Positions 12,695 through 24,569 of a stretch of DNA of 64,000 nucleotides are shown here, piece by piece. The DNA lies in contig MU053758.1 in assembly GCA_013239625.1 (NCBI GenBank), positions 2,046,001 through 2,110,000 of the forward strand, written 5' to 3'. The notes under the pieces were generated by a model. It was not told the origin of the DNA. It was given only the letters and a program-made list of their open reading frames with translations, and searched no databases. This stretch comes from Lama guanicoe (taxonomy: Eukaryota). The position numbers and the translations under genes were made by a program. The stretch's first letter is position 1. Each line of letters opens with the position of its first letter.

Positions 12695-12776
12695 CTCTGG
12701 AGGACGTGGCACCAGCTGCAGTTGAAGGTCAGGTCTGAGGACATGCAGGCGTCACAGCTCCGATGCTGCAGGCAGG
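12695..12776 (-). CDS. PLXDC1: PLXDC1 exon 9 (PSI domain, N-terminal part)
   Basis: (T)[26 protein letters not shown](R); CAG/GTTTGT; 82 nt. Confidence 0.95.
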
Positions 12777-13256
12777 CTGCAAGAGAGAAGAAGGCAGCGG
12801 CCCCTCAGTGTCAGCCCCTCCACAGGCCTCCAGAAAGGTGCTACTTTCCTGAACGCTGGGCCCTTACAGAACTCGGGAGGCCCCGACCAGCAGGGACGGG
12901 ACCCTAGTGGTCATCAGTGCCACGCTCATTTGAGTCTGGCCCTGATTTCTCCAACTCTCCCTCTCCACCCTCCCTTTCTACCCTGTCCTTCCTTTCCTCC
13001 CTTCCTTTTGTCACCAGGAGGTCAGGCCCTGAGCTGGTGCTGGGGATTCAGCAGGAACACCTGGTACCTGCCTTCTTGGGCCTCACAGTCATATGGGGAG
13101 ACAGACACTAAACAGATAATCAAACAAAAATAAGTACATCATTAGCATGGTGATGAGGCATCTGAAGGAAAATTACAGGGCGCCGTAAGCACATTCAAAA
13201 GGATCTCACCTAGTCTGGGAAGTTATACTCCTGGGCCATTGCCTACAACTGCAGCG

Positions 13257-13506
13257 TTGGAAAAGATCTTCTTTTTTTTTAAGGTGAATGCAAGTTTATT
13301 TAGAGAGATACACACTCCATAGACAGAGTGCAGTCTGTCTTACTAGAAGGGAAAATGGCTTACGAGATACACACTCCATAGGCAGAATGTGGGCCATCTC
13401 GGAAAGGTGAGAGGGAGAGAGACTGAGACGTGTCGGGTGTTTAGTTTAAAGCAAAAGTAGATACACACTCCATAGGCAGAGTGCGGACTATTGGAAAGGA
13501 TCTTTT
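13257..13506 (-). mobile_element. L1-retrotransposed LTR-like 3' fragment with poly-A and TSD
   Basis: TSD TTGGAAA(A/G)GATCTT at 13257-13270 and 13491-13504; poly-T 13272-13280; AATAAA (minus strand) 13295-13300; TTTT/AA at 13503-13508. Confidence 0.7.
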
Positions 13507-14194
13507 AAAATTGAGATACATTTGACATATAACATCATGTGAATTTAAGATGTACCACATGTTGATTCTGATACATTTATAGTGCTGTGTGTATGATTGC
13601 CACATCATCGCTAGTTAATGCCTCCATCACTTCACATCATTATCACTTCTTCCAGGGTTGGGAACAATTAAGACTGAGTTTCACAGCAAGTTGAACGTTT
13701 GTATACAGTTGCATTGTCTCCAATCACTGAAAAGGACTTTTTAAGATGTCCTGATTTGACCTCCACTGAGTGCTGGCCAGGAGTGCTCAGTCCCCCTCCT
13801 GAGGACAGTCCATGTGGCAGGACTGCCTGCTCCTGGCCTCTCCAGCTCCTCTCGCCTCCTCCCAGGGAAGTCTGGGTGCTGAGTCTTCGAGGGTAAACCA
13901 GGTGTATGTGATTCTATTCCTTTCTTCTCTCTCTCCTCTTGGAAGTGAGCTCTTCCCCGGGGGTGTGCTGACCTCTCTGCTCATCCAGGCTTAAATCCCC
14001 CCTGGGAAGTGACCTGACCTCTTGGTGCCTCAGTACCTCACTTGTAAAAGAGGGATCAGGATGCTCTGCGGTGGACCTGCTGTGATGAGATACCTAGAGA
14101 GGGTTTATAACAGAGCCAGCCACACGGTGAGCCTACTGGATGCTACCTGTTATCAACTATTGTCCATTTGTTCCCCTCAATATACCTAGCAGGT

Positions 14195-14500
14195 GTTCAT
14201 TCACTCATTCATTCTTCCAACAAACATTTTTTGAGCGTCTCCCCTGATGCTGGAGATGCAGCGTGAACAGGGAAAGACAGAAGCACTGCCCGCATGGGGC
14301 CCACACGCGAGTGGAGGAGACGGCCAACAAGTACACAGACAAATTAATCTACACGAGGGTTCCCAGTGGTGAGAAGGGCTGGGAGAAAAGTAGAGCAGAA
14401 CAGGAAAGTGGCTGACGGTGAGGGGGGTGTCTTATTCAGGGAGGTTGGGAAGGCAGGGACTAAGAGAAGGGAGGAAGCCAGCCGGGCAGCTCTCCTGCAG
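14195..14500 (-). mobile_element. L2 LINE 3' remnant
   Basis: CATTCACTCATTCATTC...CAAACATTTTTTGAGCG 3' end signature. Confidence 0.6.
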
Positions 14501-14657
14501 GAGAAGTCCAAGCAGAAGGACCCCTGCATGGAGAGGCCCGGGAAGGGCACGACCGAGGGATGCTCCCAACAGCAGCCAGAACGCTAATGGGCAGGGCACA
14601 ATGGAGAAGTGGAAGGTAGTAGGCATGGGGAGGAGCGGCAGCTGGGGTCTAGCAGGG

Positions 14658-15215
14658 AGGGCAGAGTCAGAGAGCAGAAAAGTTAGTGGGAGCGGTTGCT
14701 GGAGGGTGTGTGGACCCCTAGCAGAGAGGGCCAGTGGGGCAGGAGGTATGGGGGCTGGAGTTTCAGAGCTGTTCACTTGCAATTAAATGCTACCCACTTA
14801 AGTGAACCCAAATGACCTTGGAGCGGCAAGCAGCTGCCACGCAGCCTGTGCATTTTATCATAAGGACAGACAGGCGCTGACCTGGAATAACTGAGCAATA
14901 TAAGGGCTCATCTGATGAGCAGCTGAACAGAACACATCGGTAGCAGCAAGAAGTGACCCCTCACTATAGAGAATGACGACTCATTCAATAGACATCGCTC
15001 GCATTTCTTCACCCTGTGAGTTGCCATGGGACTCTACCACAGCCCCATTCATTAGGGAATCGGTTTGCATTCCATGGACCTCCAACAAGATGGCAGCTGG
15101 GAACCAGCCATCAGTGAGTGGGAGGAAAGCTGCTGTGGGCACAGCGTGGTCACCTTCAGTTGCCTTGTGGGAGGAACTGGCTGTAGGTGGCACTGTGTCC
15201 TTTTGTCTACCAGGG
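14658..15215 (-). repeat. Long inverted repeat, right arm (PLXDC1 intron 8)
   Basis: Partner of 5076-5625; also visible as identical peptides in ORFs 5501..5683(+) and 14432..14782(-). Confidence 0.97.
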
Positions 15216-17012
15216 CTTTGCAGGCTTTGGAAGGGTGGATGGAAAGCCATCTGCAAGAAATAAGCAGGGACTGGCCCGGCTGGAGAATGAAGAGTTCTGG
15301 CTGTTTTGTTCTCTGGTGCATCCAGAGAGTCTAGAGTAGCGCCCAGCAAGTGGCAGGCAGTTAACAGAATCGATGTATAGTTGCTTTTGTCATCCTCATT
15401 TGACAGAGGAGGAAACTGAGGCTTGGAGAGAGTCCCTGAGCTAAGAGTGGCAGGTCTGGGTTTGGACTAATCTGTCTAAGCCAAGAGCCTGAGTTCTTAG
15501 CCTCAAGATCCCACTGTGGGTTCTACCTCTACCCTAGGCCACCTTTTCACGAGTCTCTTTGAGAAGAGGGACCAGCCAAGAAGTGTGATGGCTTAAAGAT
15601 AGTGCATCCACATCTCTGGAAGAATTTCGGCCAAGTATTCCCCTACCCAAAGGTAAGGGAGAAAGCCTGGGGCTGTAAGATGCAGAGTTTTCTGAGGACA
15701 AAGCTCACCGGCCTCCCAGGAGCTGAGATCACAGCCTTGACAGCACTGCCCCCTTCCCCACATGGGAGCCCCTGACCTGGTCATTCCCAGTGACTCTGGA
15801 GGCCCCTTAAATGACTCCAGTTAAGCTGAAAAAAAACCCTGGGAGCCTCGTGGGGTATTCATAAAACCCACTAACCTTTATTTCTCATCTGCATTTCAGA
15901 TGTCCTGAGTGCTATTAAATGCTCACAAAATTCACTGGAGGAGTGGGAAGTGGCTTAAATGTACAGACAGTGTCCCAGAAATGCGCTCCCAGGATGTTTC
16001 ACTTCTTCCACCCGGGCAGTTAGCCCTGCCCTTGGATGTCCTTGTTCCTAAATGCAGCTTATTCATTCCTGGGACTGAAGGTTGCTCTCACCAGTCCTTG
16101 AGGAAGCCCTTCCTAGAGGGAGAGCAGCTGCAGCGGGGCTGGGGCTGTGACTGCAGAGGTCCTGGCCCTATGACTACGTGTCTGGGATGGTCCTCTTTTC
16201 CAGGGGAGGACACCTGCTGGGACACGGCCTAGCCTTTGAGAAGACCCTTCCTTTCTTCCTCTTCTTTTTTCTCCACCTCCAGTTCCCAGAACCTCCAGGG
16301 ACGAGGAAGCTGGGAGGTGCCATGAAACAGGAGAGAAAATTGAAATTGAAACTCTCTTTAAAAATACAGAAATGGGAGTGCTGTCCTTCCCCTCACCCTC
16401 CCCAGCTGCCCTGGCCACATCCTGAAGAGCATCCCACCCCGATCCCGTGGGGTCCACAGCCCCAGCTGGGGCCTCGGAAACGGTATGTCTTCAACTGCAG
16501 ATGAGTGGGGTGCAGAAGAGGGAAGGGACCCAGCCCCCTGGCTGCTGGCTAAATCCCTTTACTGCCTTCTGCCTAGGGATACCAGCACCACCTCTCCCCT
16601 AAGGAAAACACAATGATGAACTTATGGATCAGTTCAGTTCCTGGATTTTCTTTTCTGGGAGCTCAGGCTAAGTTCCCAGAGGTACCTCTTTCATGGGTTT
16701 CAATTACGTATTAATAACAACAGCTGTCACGTATCAAGCACAAACCACGCCTCAGACCTGCGATGGGCCAACTGGTGTCAGAGCTGCCATTTACATCCTC
16801 ATTTCTACTGCCTGAGGCTGTAACCCTTACTGTAGCCCTAGGAGGGAGGTGGTGTTGGGCCTATGTTACAAATGAGAAAGGGGGCCCCAGAGAAGTTAGG
16901 TGGCCATTCCTAGACAGGGGTCAGCAGAGGGCCTACGAATGGAACTCAGTGTGACACCAAAGCCCTTTCCAGGACAGCGGAATGCCTCCTCCCATCAGAA
17001 GAACAACCCCTA

Positions 17013-17225
<213 letters not shown>

Positions 17226-19730
17226 TTAGTATACAGCCACTGAGGTCAGGAAGTAAACCTATCAACCTGGGATAATGATGTTGAAACCTCGGGGAGATAG
17301 GAGGACAGGGGCTGACCTTGAGAGGAGAGCGTTGTGTTATAAGCAGGTTACAAATGCAGAGGCCCAGCTGTTCCCGGGGTCAGGACACAAGGGATCCCAC
17401 ATTTCCGCATGCCTCTGCACCTTCACAGCTGCTGTTCCCGTGACCCATGATGTTCTTCCATCCGTTCTCTCCTTATCTAGCTCACCCTTCCAGATCCAGC
17501 TCAGGGCCACTTCCTCTGAGAAGCCTCCCTTGACCAGCCGCCTCCTATTCATGCCCTCTTCCCACTGCACTCACCACGTTGTGTGGTCATTAGGGTCAAT
17601 TTGGAGGGTGGGGGCCATTCGACTGTGATCATCTGGTCCTGAACCTGACCCACAGTGAGCCCTCTATAAATGTCTAGAGATGCACAGGCTGACCTTGGAG
17701 AACCTCTCCTTTCCTGGATGAAGGGCAGAGCAAGATTCAGGGCCTGGAACCAGGCCTATGTCCTGCCTCAGTCCCTGCAGAAGCTTCCTACAGGACCTCA
17801 GAGTCAAGAGACCTGAGTTTTGAGTCGAGTTCTGCTCCTAACAAGCTGGATAAACTTCGGGCCTCAGTTTCCTGTCTGAAAAGTGGAAAGACAGAAATAC
17901 TGGATACAACATCCTTGGGAGGAAAAAGCTGGGGTTGTAGATGAAAAGACTTTTCCTAACATGGCAGTCTGAGATACTCTGATATTTCCCACCACATCCC
18001 CACGCCCATCTAAGAACCATGACTTAGGCATCCTTCATTTCCAAAAGGCAGGCAGCCAGCTGCTGAGCTTCGTGAATGAGTTTCCCCATAAGAAGAAAAG
18101 GCCACTCAGTATTTGGTCTGCCCAGCACACCTACTGCCTTCTGGAGACAGAAGGAAGTGCCCCCAGTCTCTTCCTCCATGTGGTCTGTACTGCATCTTCT
18201 TCTATGACCAATCAGAAACCTTCCCTGAGACTTTTTTTACTGTAACAAGGGGGCCCTTTGCACTCCAGTAATGATGCTGAGAAGATGCATGCTCAGATTC
18301 TGTTCCAGCCTCATGGGGAAAGCCAGAGAATGAAGCCACCTTGTGGAGAGAGCTGTACGGAGTACTGATGGCGTTCTAGGCTCTGGAGTCCTGGGACCTG
18401 CCCTGATGCACGTCTTCCCAGTTGTTAGCTCTTTGGTTCTTTGGTCTTTGGGCTACTTCAGTATTTCCAGTGCACCCCTTTTCACTTAAGCTCGTTTCAG
18501 TTTTTGTTTTTTTTTTTTCACTAGAAGCCCAGAGTAGTTGAGGATATAAGTTTCTCACTCAGCTGAAGGTGGTTTGGAGGAAAGTCTCCCAAGGTGGCAG
18601 CAGAACTCAATAGGGACACCCATGAAAGGGAGCGTGTCCTGTGCAGCCACTGGGCACCCCATCCCCCTGCTCCCCATCCTGAGCAAAGAATCTAGGGGAG
18701 CACCCGCTGCTCAAAAGAATATCCCAGCTATGTTCCTATCATTATTTTAGCTTCAATCCTGGAACTGTTCCCTCCTACTGAACCCAGAATTGATCTTCAG
18801 GTGGTCTGACCCCAAAGCACACTCTCTTCCCACCACACCCCACTGTCCTGCTGCAGAGCCTGGGGACACCTCAGCCCCAGAAACTTCGCAAGGGCTGCAG
18901 AATGTCCTTGGAACCTTCTGTTCAGTGAACAGGAAACTGCTCTGGTGCTGGTGGCAGCAAAGCTCCCCCGAAACCAAACAGGAATCTCAGAGTCCTGCAC
19001 TTGAAACGGGAGCACTACCCACTCGCATGTGCGCACGCACGCACGTGAGCACTCACACAGATAAACACACAGGTTTGTTGGTTTGTTGGTTTGCTTTGTT
19101 TTGTTTTAAATACAAGAAAGGCCCCTTGCCAAGCATGGATGGATCTGAAAGAGATTGGGGTGAGGAAGGGCACCTTTCTGTAATTCATCTGCCCAGAAGC
19201 ACTTTTTCAATTCACCCACAGAACCATATATGCTGCAGGGCTTGCCCCATGTGACACCAGCTGCTCTGTGAAGGTGGTCTGGGCTCTGAGTGAGCCTGGG
19301 GGATGTGAGACATTAGGTGTAGGATGGGGAAGTTGCAGCTGCATCCCACCCACAACTCCCAGGTTTCATCTCTCTTATAGAATCACCTCTTTGAGCACCA
19401 CAATGTAATAGGATAAAACAAATGTGAAACTCCAGGACTTCCAAGATGCATGAGGCCATAGGGTCTAGACTCTGAGTAAACATTTCTTCCTTAATCTGCC
19501 TCATCTTTCAAGGCTCAGCTCAAATAGCAGGCCCTCCTTGAGGACATCCCCCACCTTTGGGAGCTGTTAGTGGTCCCTCCTCTGCAGGGTGTGAGCTTCC
19601 CCCAAGGGCAGAGCCACCTAGTTATTCGTCTCTGTCCTCCAGCCCCTCACTCCTGAACAGGGTCTCACGAAAAGACTGTGAATGAATGAATGGCTTACAA
19701 ATAGTCAGGAAAACCTCAGCAACTTATTAT

Positions 19731-20347
19731 TGAGGCGAGAAGCCCCATAAAAAGACAGGCAAGACCCCCAAGCAGGACCACTACTCTCGTGGCACACCAT
19801 TGGGTTCCCTGGCCCAGAGGTTCTATCTCACTTTTTGCCTCTGAAATGGCTTACCCCTAAAATTCTATTGGTTCCCTGAGTCACTTCTGATTGGTTATTT
19901 CCTTCACTCCTGATTGGTTATTACTTTCACTTCTGATTGGTCCACTTCCCTAACTTCTGATTGGTCCATTTGTAGTACTTCATTTGCATAGAGCTCACTC
20001 CTGATTGGTTATTTCTCTCACTCCTGATTGGTCCATTCCCCTCACTCCTGATTGGTTATTTCTCTCACCCCCTGATTTGTCTATTTCTACAAAGCTTGTT
20101 CCTGATTGGTCAACTTCTGTTATACTTTATTTGCATATGATGTTACAAAGTGTAAAACCGGCAGCCTATAAATGCCTGTGTAAACCTACAGACAGGGTTC
20201 AGAGCTTCGAGTGTTAGTTCATCTGGGCTCACTGGCATAATAAACCTGAGTTCTCCAACTCTGAATGCTGCTTGGTCTCTTGCCTGGATGCAGGTTGCTG
20301 TCACAACTGAGTTGTAACACCCAGGTGTAACACATTTTCCTGCAACA
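19731..20347 (+). mobile_element. Solo ERV LTR with tandem CCAAT boxes (boundaries approximate)
   Basis: TG start, 9 ATTGG motifs 19867-20109, TATAAA 20167, AATAAA 20239, ends near ...AACA. Confidence 0.7.
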
Positions 20348-23300
20348 TTTCAACCTCAGGCTGCAGCACAAAGGAAGACCCTTCCTCCCCAGCCCACCAC
20401 AGATTATGGCCTTTCTAAAAAGGGCGGCCCCCGATGGACCACAGAAAGCCAGACCTGCCCTTTCTGAAGTTAGAGTTAAAAACTTTCAGAATTTCTCCAT
20501 CTGCGAGGATGAGAAGGAAGGTGAAATGGGAGGGAAAAGGGAGTCAGGGTTGGGGCAGGAAGAAAGACACAGACTTGTCAAGAGAGCTGATTTCAGGGTT
20601 AGAGATGCACAGATACTGGGGAAGGTGGGGCTCCCAGCAAATTCCACACCAGACTCTAGGCATGGGTTTCCCACCAGCTAGCTGGGAGCAGAGCTGGGGA
20701 TGTGCCTTAAGTGAGGGTGCAGTCAGAGATGGTCAGATGTCCTCTGAAAACCAACACAGCCCTATCAGCAGGGCGGAAGAGGAAAGAGCGTGGGTGAGTA
20801 GAAACAAATTTCTGGTTAAAAAGATTCGCTCACTTTAACTGCCAGCTTGTACTTGTTTAAGTGTATGGTTTGGTAATATTTTTATTCCTCTATAAACAGA
20901 ACCCTTAACATCCCCGCCTGTGTTATTTGCCTTGAGATTATCTTGCCAACATCTGGGGCTCACCCAAGGACAATGACGTCCGTCTGCATGACCAACAGAT
21001 CCCTTCTGGGACCGAGAGGGCGGCCCCAGAGCCACATTTCTGGCAGTTTGAGACGTTCTGTTTTATCTCTGCTTCGACTCACCAAAGATTCGGAAATACT
21101 ACGGTCCAGGCACGGGAAACCCTGCCTTGCCACCAAGAGCTGTTCACAGCTTAAAAGAGAGGTTTGCATGTCCCACTTTGTTTCAATACCAGATACCAGG
21201 GGGACAGGGTCGCTTTGGTCAGAAGAAATCAGAGTGATGGATCCAGCCACAAACTTCCCTCCAAAATGGTGGCTACAATATAAAAAAATAAAAGATGGTG
21301 GTTCAGGAAAAAGTTTTCCTTTACTCATTAAAGTCTTTCTTTGCTCATTTGGTTCTTCTTTTCATAATCATGAACTGAGCCCCAGCAGGGGACCCGAGAG
21401 AGATGAACACAGTCCTGTACTCCAAGAGCTTTCGGCCCAGGAGGGGAGGCAGGAGGGTCCTCCTCAGCACAGAAAGTAGAAAAAGGCAGAGAGAGAAGAG
21501 GAGGGAGTCAAGTAGTACTCAGCGAGCAGAGTAGAGAGAAAAATAGAAAAGTGAAAAAGGGGTGAGAGGGGGTGGGGTTGTGTTGGGGAGAGGAGGGGCC
21601 CCGGAATGGATTAAAAACCTGCAATGAAGAGCAGCACCATAAAAGATCCTTTATTGGGAGCAAGGAGAAGACAAAAAGGGCCAGATCTGGTGACGACACC
21701 CGTGCCTCCCTCCCCCTCCCCCACCAGCCACGCCCTCCCTTGGCTGGTCCTCACTCCTCTGCCGTCAGTTCCGGGGCCTCCCCCCAACCCCTGCCTTGCA
21801 GCCCAGCACTAAGGCACAGCGCAGGCCTCTGCCACATTTCTGTTCTCAAGTCTGGCTTTGAAAGGAAAGAGAAGTTCTGGTAAAGGAGAAGACCCAAGTG
21901 TTAGGGTCATCCAAGCCCATTCTGGGACCAGTCAAGGGGCGCGGCTACTATTTGGAATGAAAATCCCTTATTAATTGATTCCATTAAATCAGAATCACTG
22001 TCAGTTTTGATGTTGGCTACATTAAAGTTGCTTTTATACTGTCTACGAGAGAAAAGGTGTCCTCAACAAATGAACAGAGGAAGTTATATTGATTCCCGAG
22101 GGCCCTTCCAGTCAAATAAAGCCTGTACCAGCGACCCTGCACGTTTGGCATGCCCCTGCAGACAGACGCGGCGAATCATACGTAAAGCTTCTCTCTGCAT
22201 CGAAGCCTACTCTGCAGACTCCCTGCTCCAAAGCCTGTGGAGGGCTTCTATAAGGAAGCAATGGTAGGAGAAACTCTGGCTGTTTGGGGCATTTTCTTCC
22301 CTCAAACCCAGGAATGAGACTGTGCAGAATTCCCTCTGCCCTCAGGCAGGGCTGGGAGGAACCTGTCTGGAGCCTGGGGGAGGAGCTGGTCCCCCAGACA
22401 GTTCAGTGGCTGAGGGATTCTTGAAGAGTGAGGAATAAACTCAGCTCCTCACAGCACCCCAGGCAGGGAGCCAAGCTTGGGTGCCAGGACAGTGACACCA
22501 CCCATTCTGTAGGACAGGTGGGTTGGGATAATGTGAAGATCCACAGTGATGATAGGGTCTGTGGACCAGAGGGCTCTCCCTGAACTTCTATCATGGTTAT
22601 ATGGAATTTTCTGTTATTTGCAGCTCAATCTAATTCAAACTAATTTCCTGCTTGCTGGGTTGAATGTCAGACCAGAGGATTCTGATCTCTTAAGCACATA
22701 AAAGCTATCATTCCCCAAAGCAGAGGATGTAGCCCATTTTAAAACCCACTAAAGGCCATGGATACTGTCCCAGAAAAATGCACACACGTGAATATGCTCC
22801 ACTCGCACCTCAATATTCCTTGCAATGTCTATGCCTGGATCCCCAAGCTAAAAACCTCGGACAAAGAGAGATGCAGTTACCAAAGCACTCACCCCTGAAC
22901 TCAAGGATCAGGTCCTGTTCTCACTTAGGGTCACCAGAGGGTAGAGGACAGGGGCTCTGCTACACCCATTCCATTCAGCCCTCACTCTTCAGTTCTTACT
23001 CATTTTTTCAGCACCTGCCCTGCTACAGGCACTGGGCTAAGTGCTGGGGCCACAAAGAGCCCCCAAGGAGCTTGCAGCTAGCTGTGGAGAGGGCAGATGA
23101 GCAGGCCAGTGTCATGAGTTCTATGTTAAAGCTCTTAACAAAGAGCCAGGGGGATGGAGGAGGAAGCCAGGAATTTTGCCACGTGGAGGAGGCAATATCT
23201 GAGCTGGACCAATGGATGAGTAGGATTCTGCCAAGCGATAACAGGATTGGGGTGGGGGGCTTTTTACACTATGGACTGTGTCACAAAGATGCAGACAGCC

Positions 23301-23399
23301 CTTGGAGTGTTTGGGGAACACAGGGCAGCCCCCGATGGACCACTGCTGCCGGGACAGACAGTGGTAGGTGACAAGAGGGTTTGGAGATGCGGCTACAAA

Positions 23400-23660
23400 G
23401 CTGGGCTGGTAAATATAACTAACACTGCTGTGTGTTATATATGAAGGTTGTTAAGCAAGTAAGTTCTAAGTGTTCTCATCACAAGGCAAAAATCTTTTTA
23501 AAATTTCTTTAATTTTGTATCTGGGATGATGGATGTTCACTAAACTTTGTAATCATTTCATGATATATGTAAGTCAAATCATTATCTGTACACTTTAAGC
23601 TTAAACTTATACAGTGCTGTATGTCAATTATCTCTTAATAAAACTGGAAGGAATAAAAGG
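23400..23660 (+). mobile_element. L1 3' end fragment
   Basis: TGTTCTCATCACAAG...ACAGTGCTGTATGTCAATTATCTCTTAATAAAACTGGA. Confidence 0.7.
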
Positions 23661-24569
23661 AAAGGTGGGCTATTGTCCTTAAAAGCCAAATTAAGGACTT
23701 TGAATTGAGGCTGTAGGCAGTAAGGAGCCAGAGAATGACATGATCATATCTGTCTGGGAGTGACAAGAAGGAATGAGCAGCAGAGGGAAGGAAGACTGGA
23801 CACGGGGCAGTATCTGGGGGTCAGGCTTGGGTTTCGCTCGGCTGGTGGACCCAGCATCTCTGCAAATAACATCTGACGTCACTGAATCTAGCACGTCCCA
23901 CAACAGAGCCCTTGCATCTCCTCCCAGTCTCACAGATCAGGCGTAGCTGCCCTCCTGTTATTTCAGGTGGGCTGTGCTTCCTGCCCCCTTCCTTTACCCC
24001 ACCTCCTCAAATCTCCCTGGCTTGTTCTAAAACAACCTTTCATTCCAGAATCACAGAGGAGCCTCAGATGCAGACACTCTCGGGGGATCTGACTTCCTCT
24101 AATTCACCCTCATTCAACAGCTGGATCCAACACACATTTCCTGAGACTCCGCTGGCCACAGAGCCCTTGAGGGAGGCATAGACTCTGCCCCATGGTGCAG
24201 TAATGCTCAGGGAGGGGAAAGGGCCACTGACGCCAAGAACTGTCCTTCCTGCAAAATAGCCTGGGGTGTGTGCACACAGGGCTGTAGATTTCTGGGGAAC
24301 TGAAAAGGAAAGGATTCACCCTTCTGGGTGGAATGGGAGTAGGTCAGACTTAGAAAGTCTCAATGGTGGACCCCAGGGTTTAAAAAAACAGGAGATCTGG
24401 GTTTCAGTTCTACTGTGTGACCATAAGAAAGTCAGTCCACCTCTCTGAGCCTCTGTGTCCTTATTTGAAAAGGGACAAATGTACAGATTTCATTTACAAT
24501 GTTGTGAGGACATTTACAATGTTGTGAGGATTCACATGGCAGGAACAGAGGGGGAAATGGAGTCTTGCC

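Noticed and set aside
13306..13483. Three 25-nt direct repeats with spacers resembling a CRISPR array
   Set aside because: Mammalian intron, unequal spacers (34 and 69 nt), no cas genes, and contained in a poly-A/TSD retro-insertion
14432..15349. ORFs with peptides identical to those at 5014-5683, suggesting a duplicated small gene
   Set aside because: Identity is just the DNA inverted repeat; the frames diverge or break at indels and show no recognisable protein features
19025..19046. Alternating purine-pyrimidine run as a Z-DNA element
   Set aside because: Only ~20 nt; too weak to support a claim
19867..20109. ~23-bp periodic repeat as a CRISPR or satellite array
   Set aside because: No unique spacers; sits upstream of TATA and AATAAA as expected for an LTR U3 region
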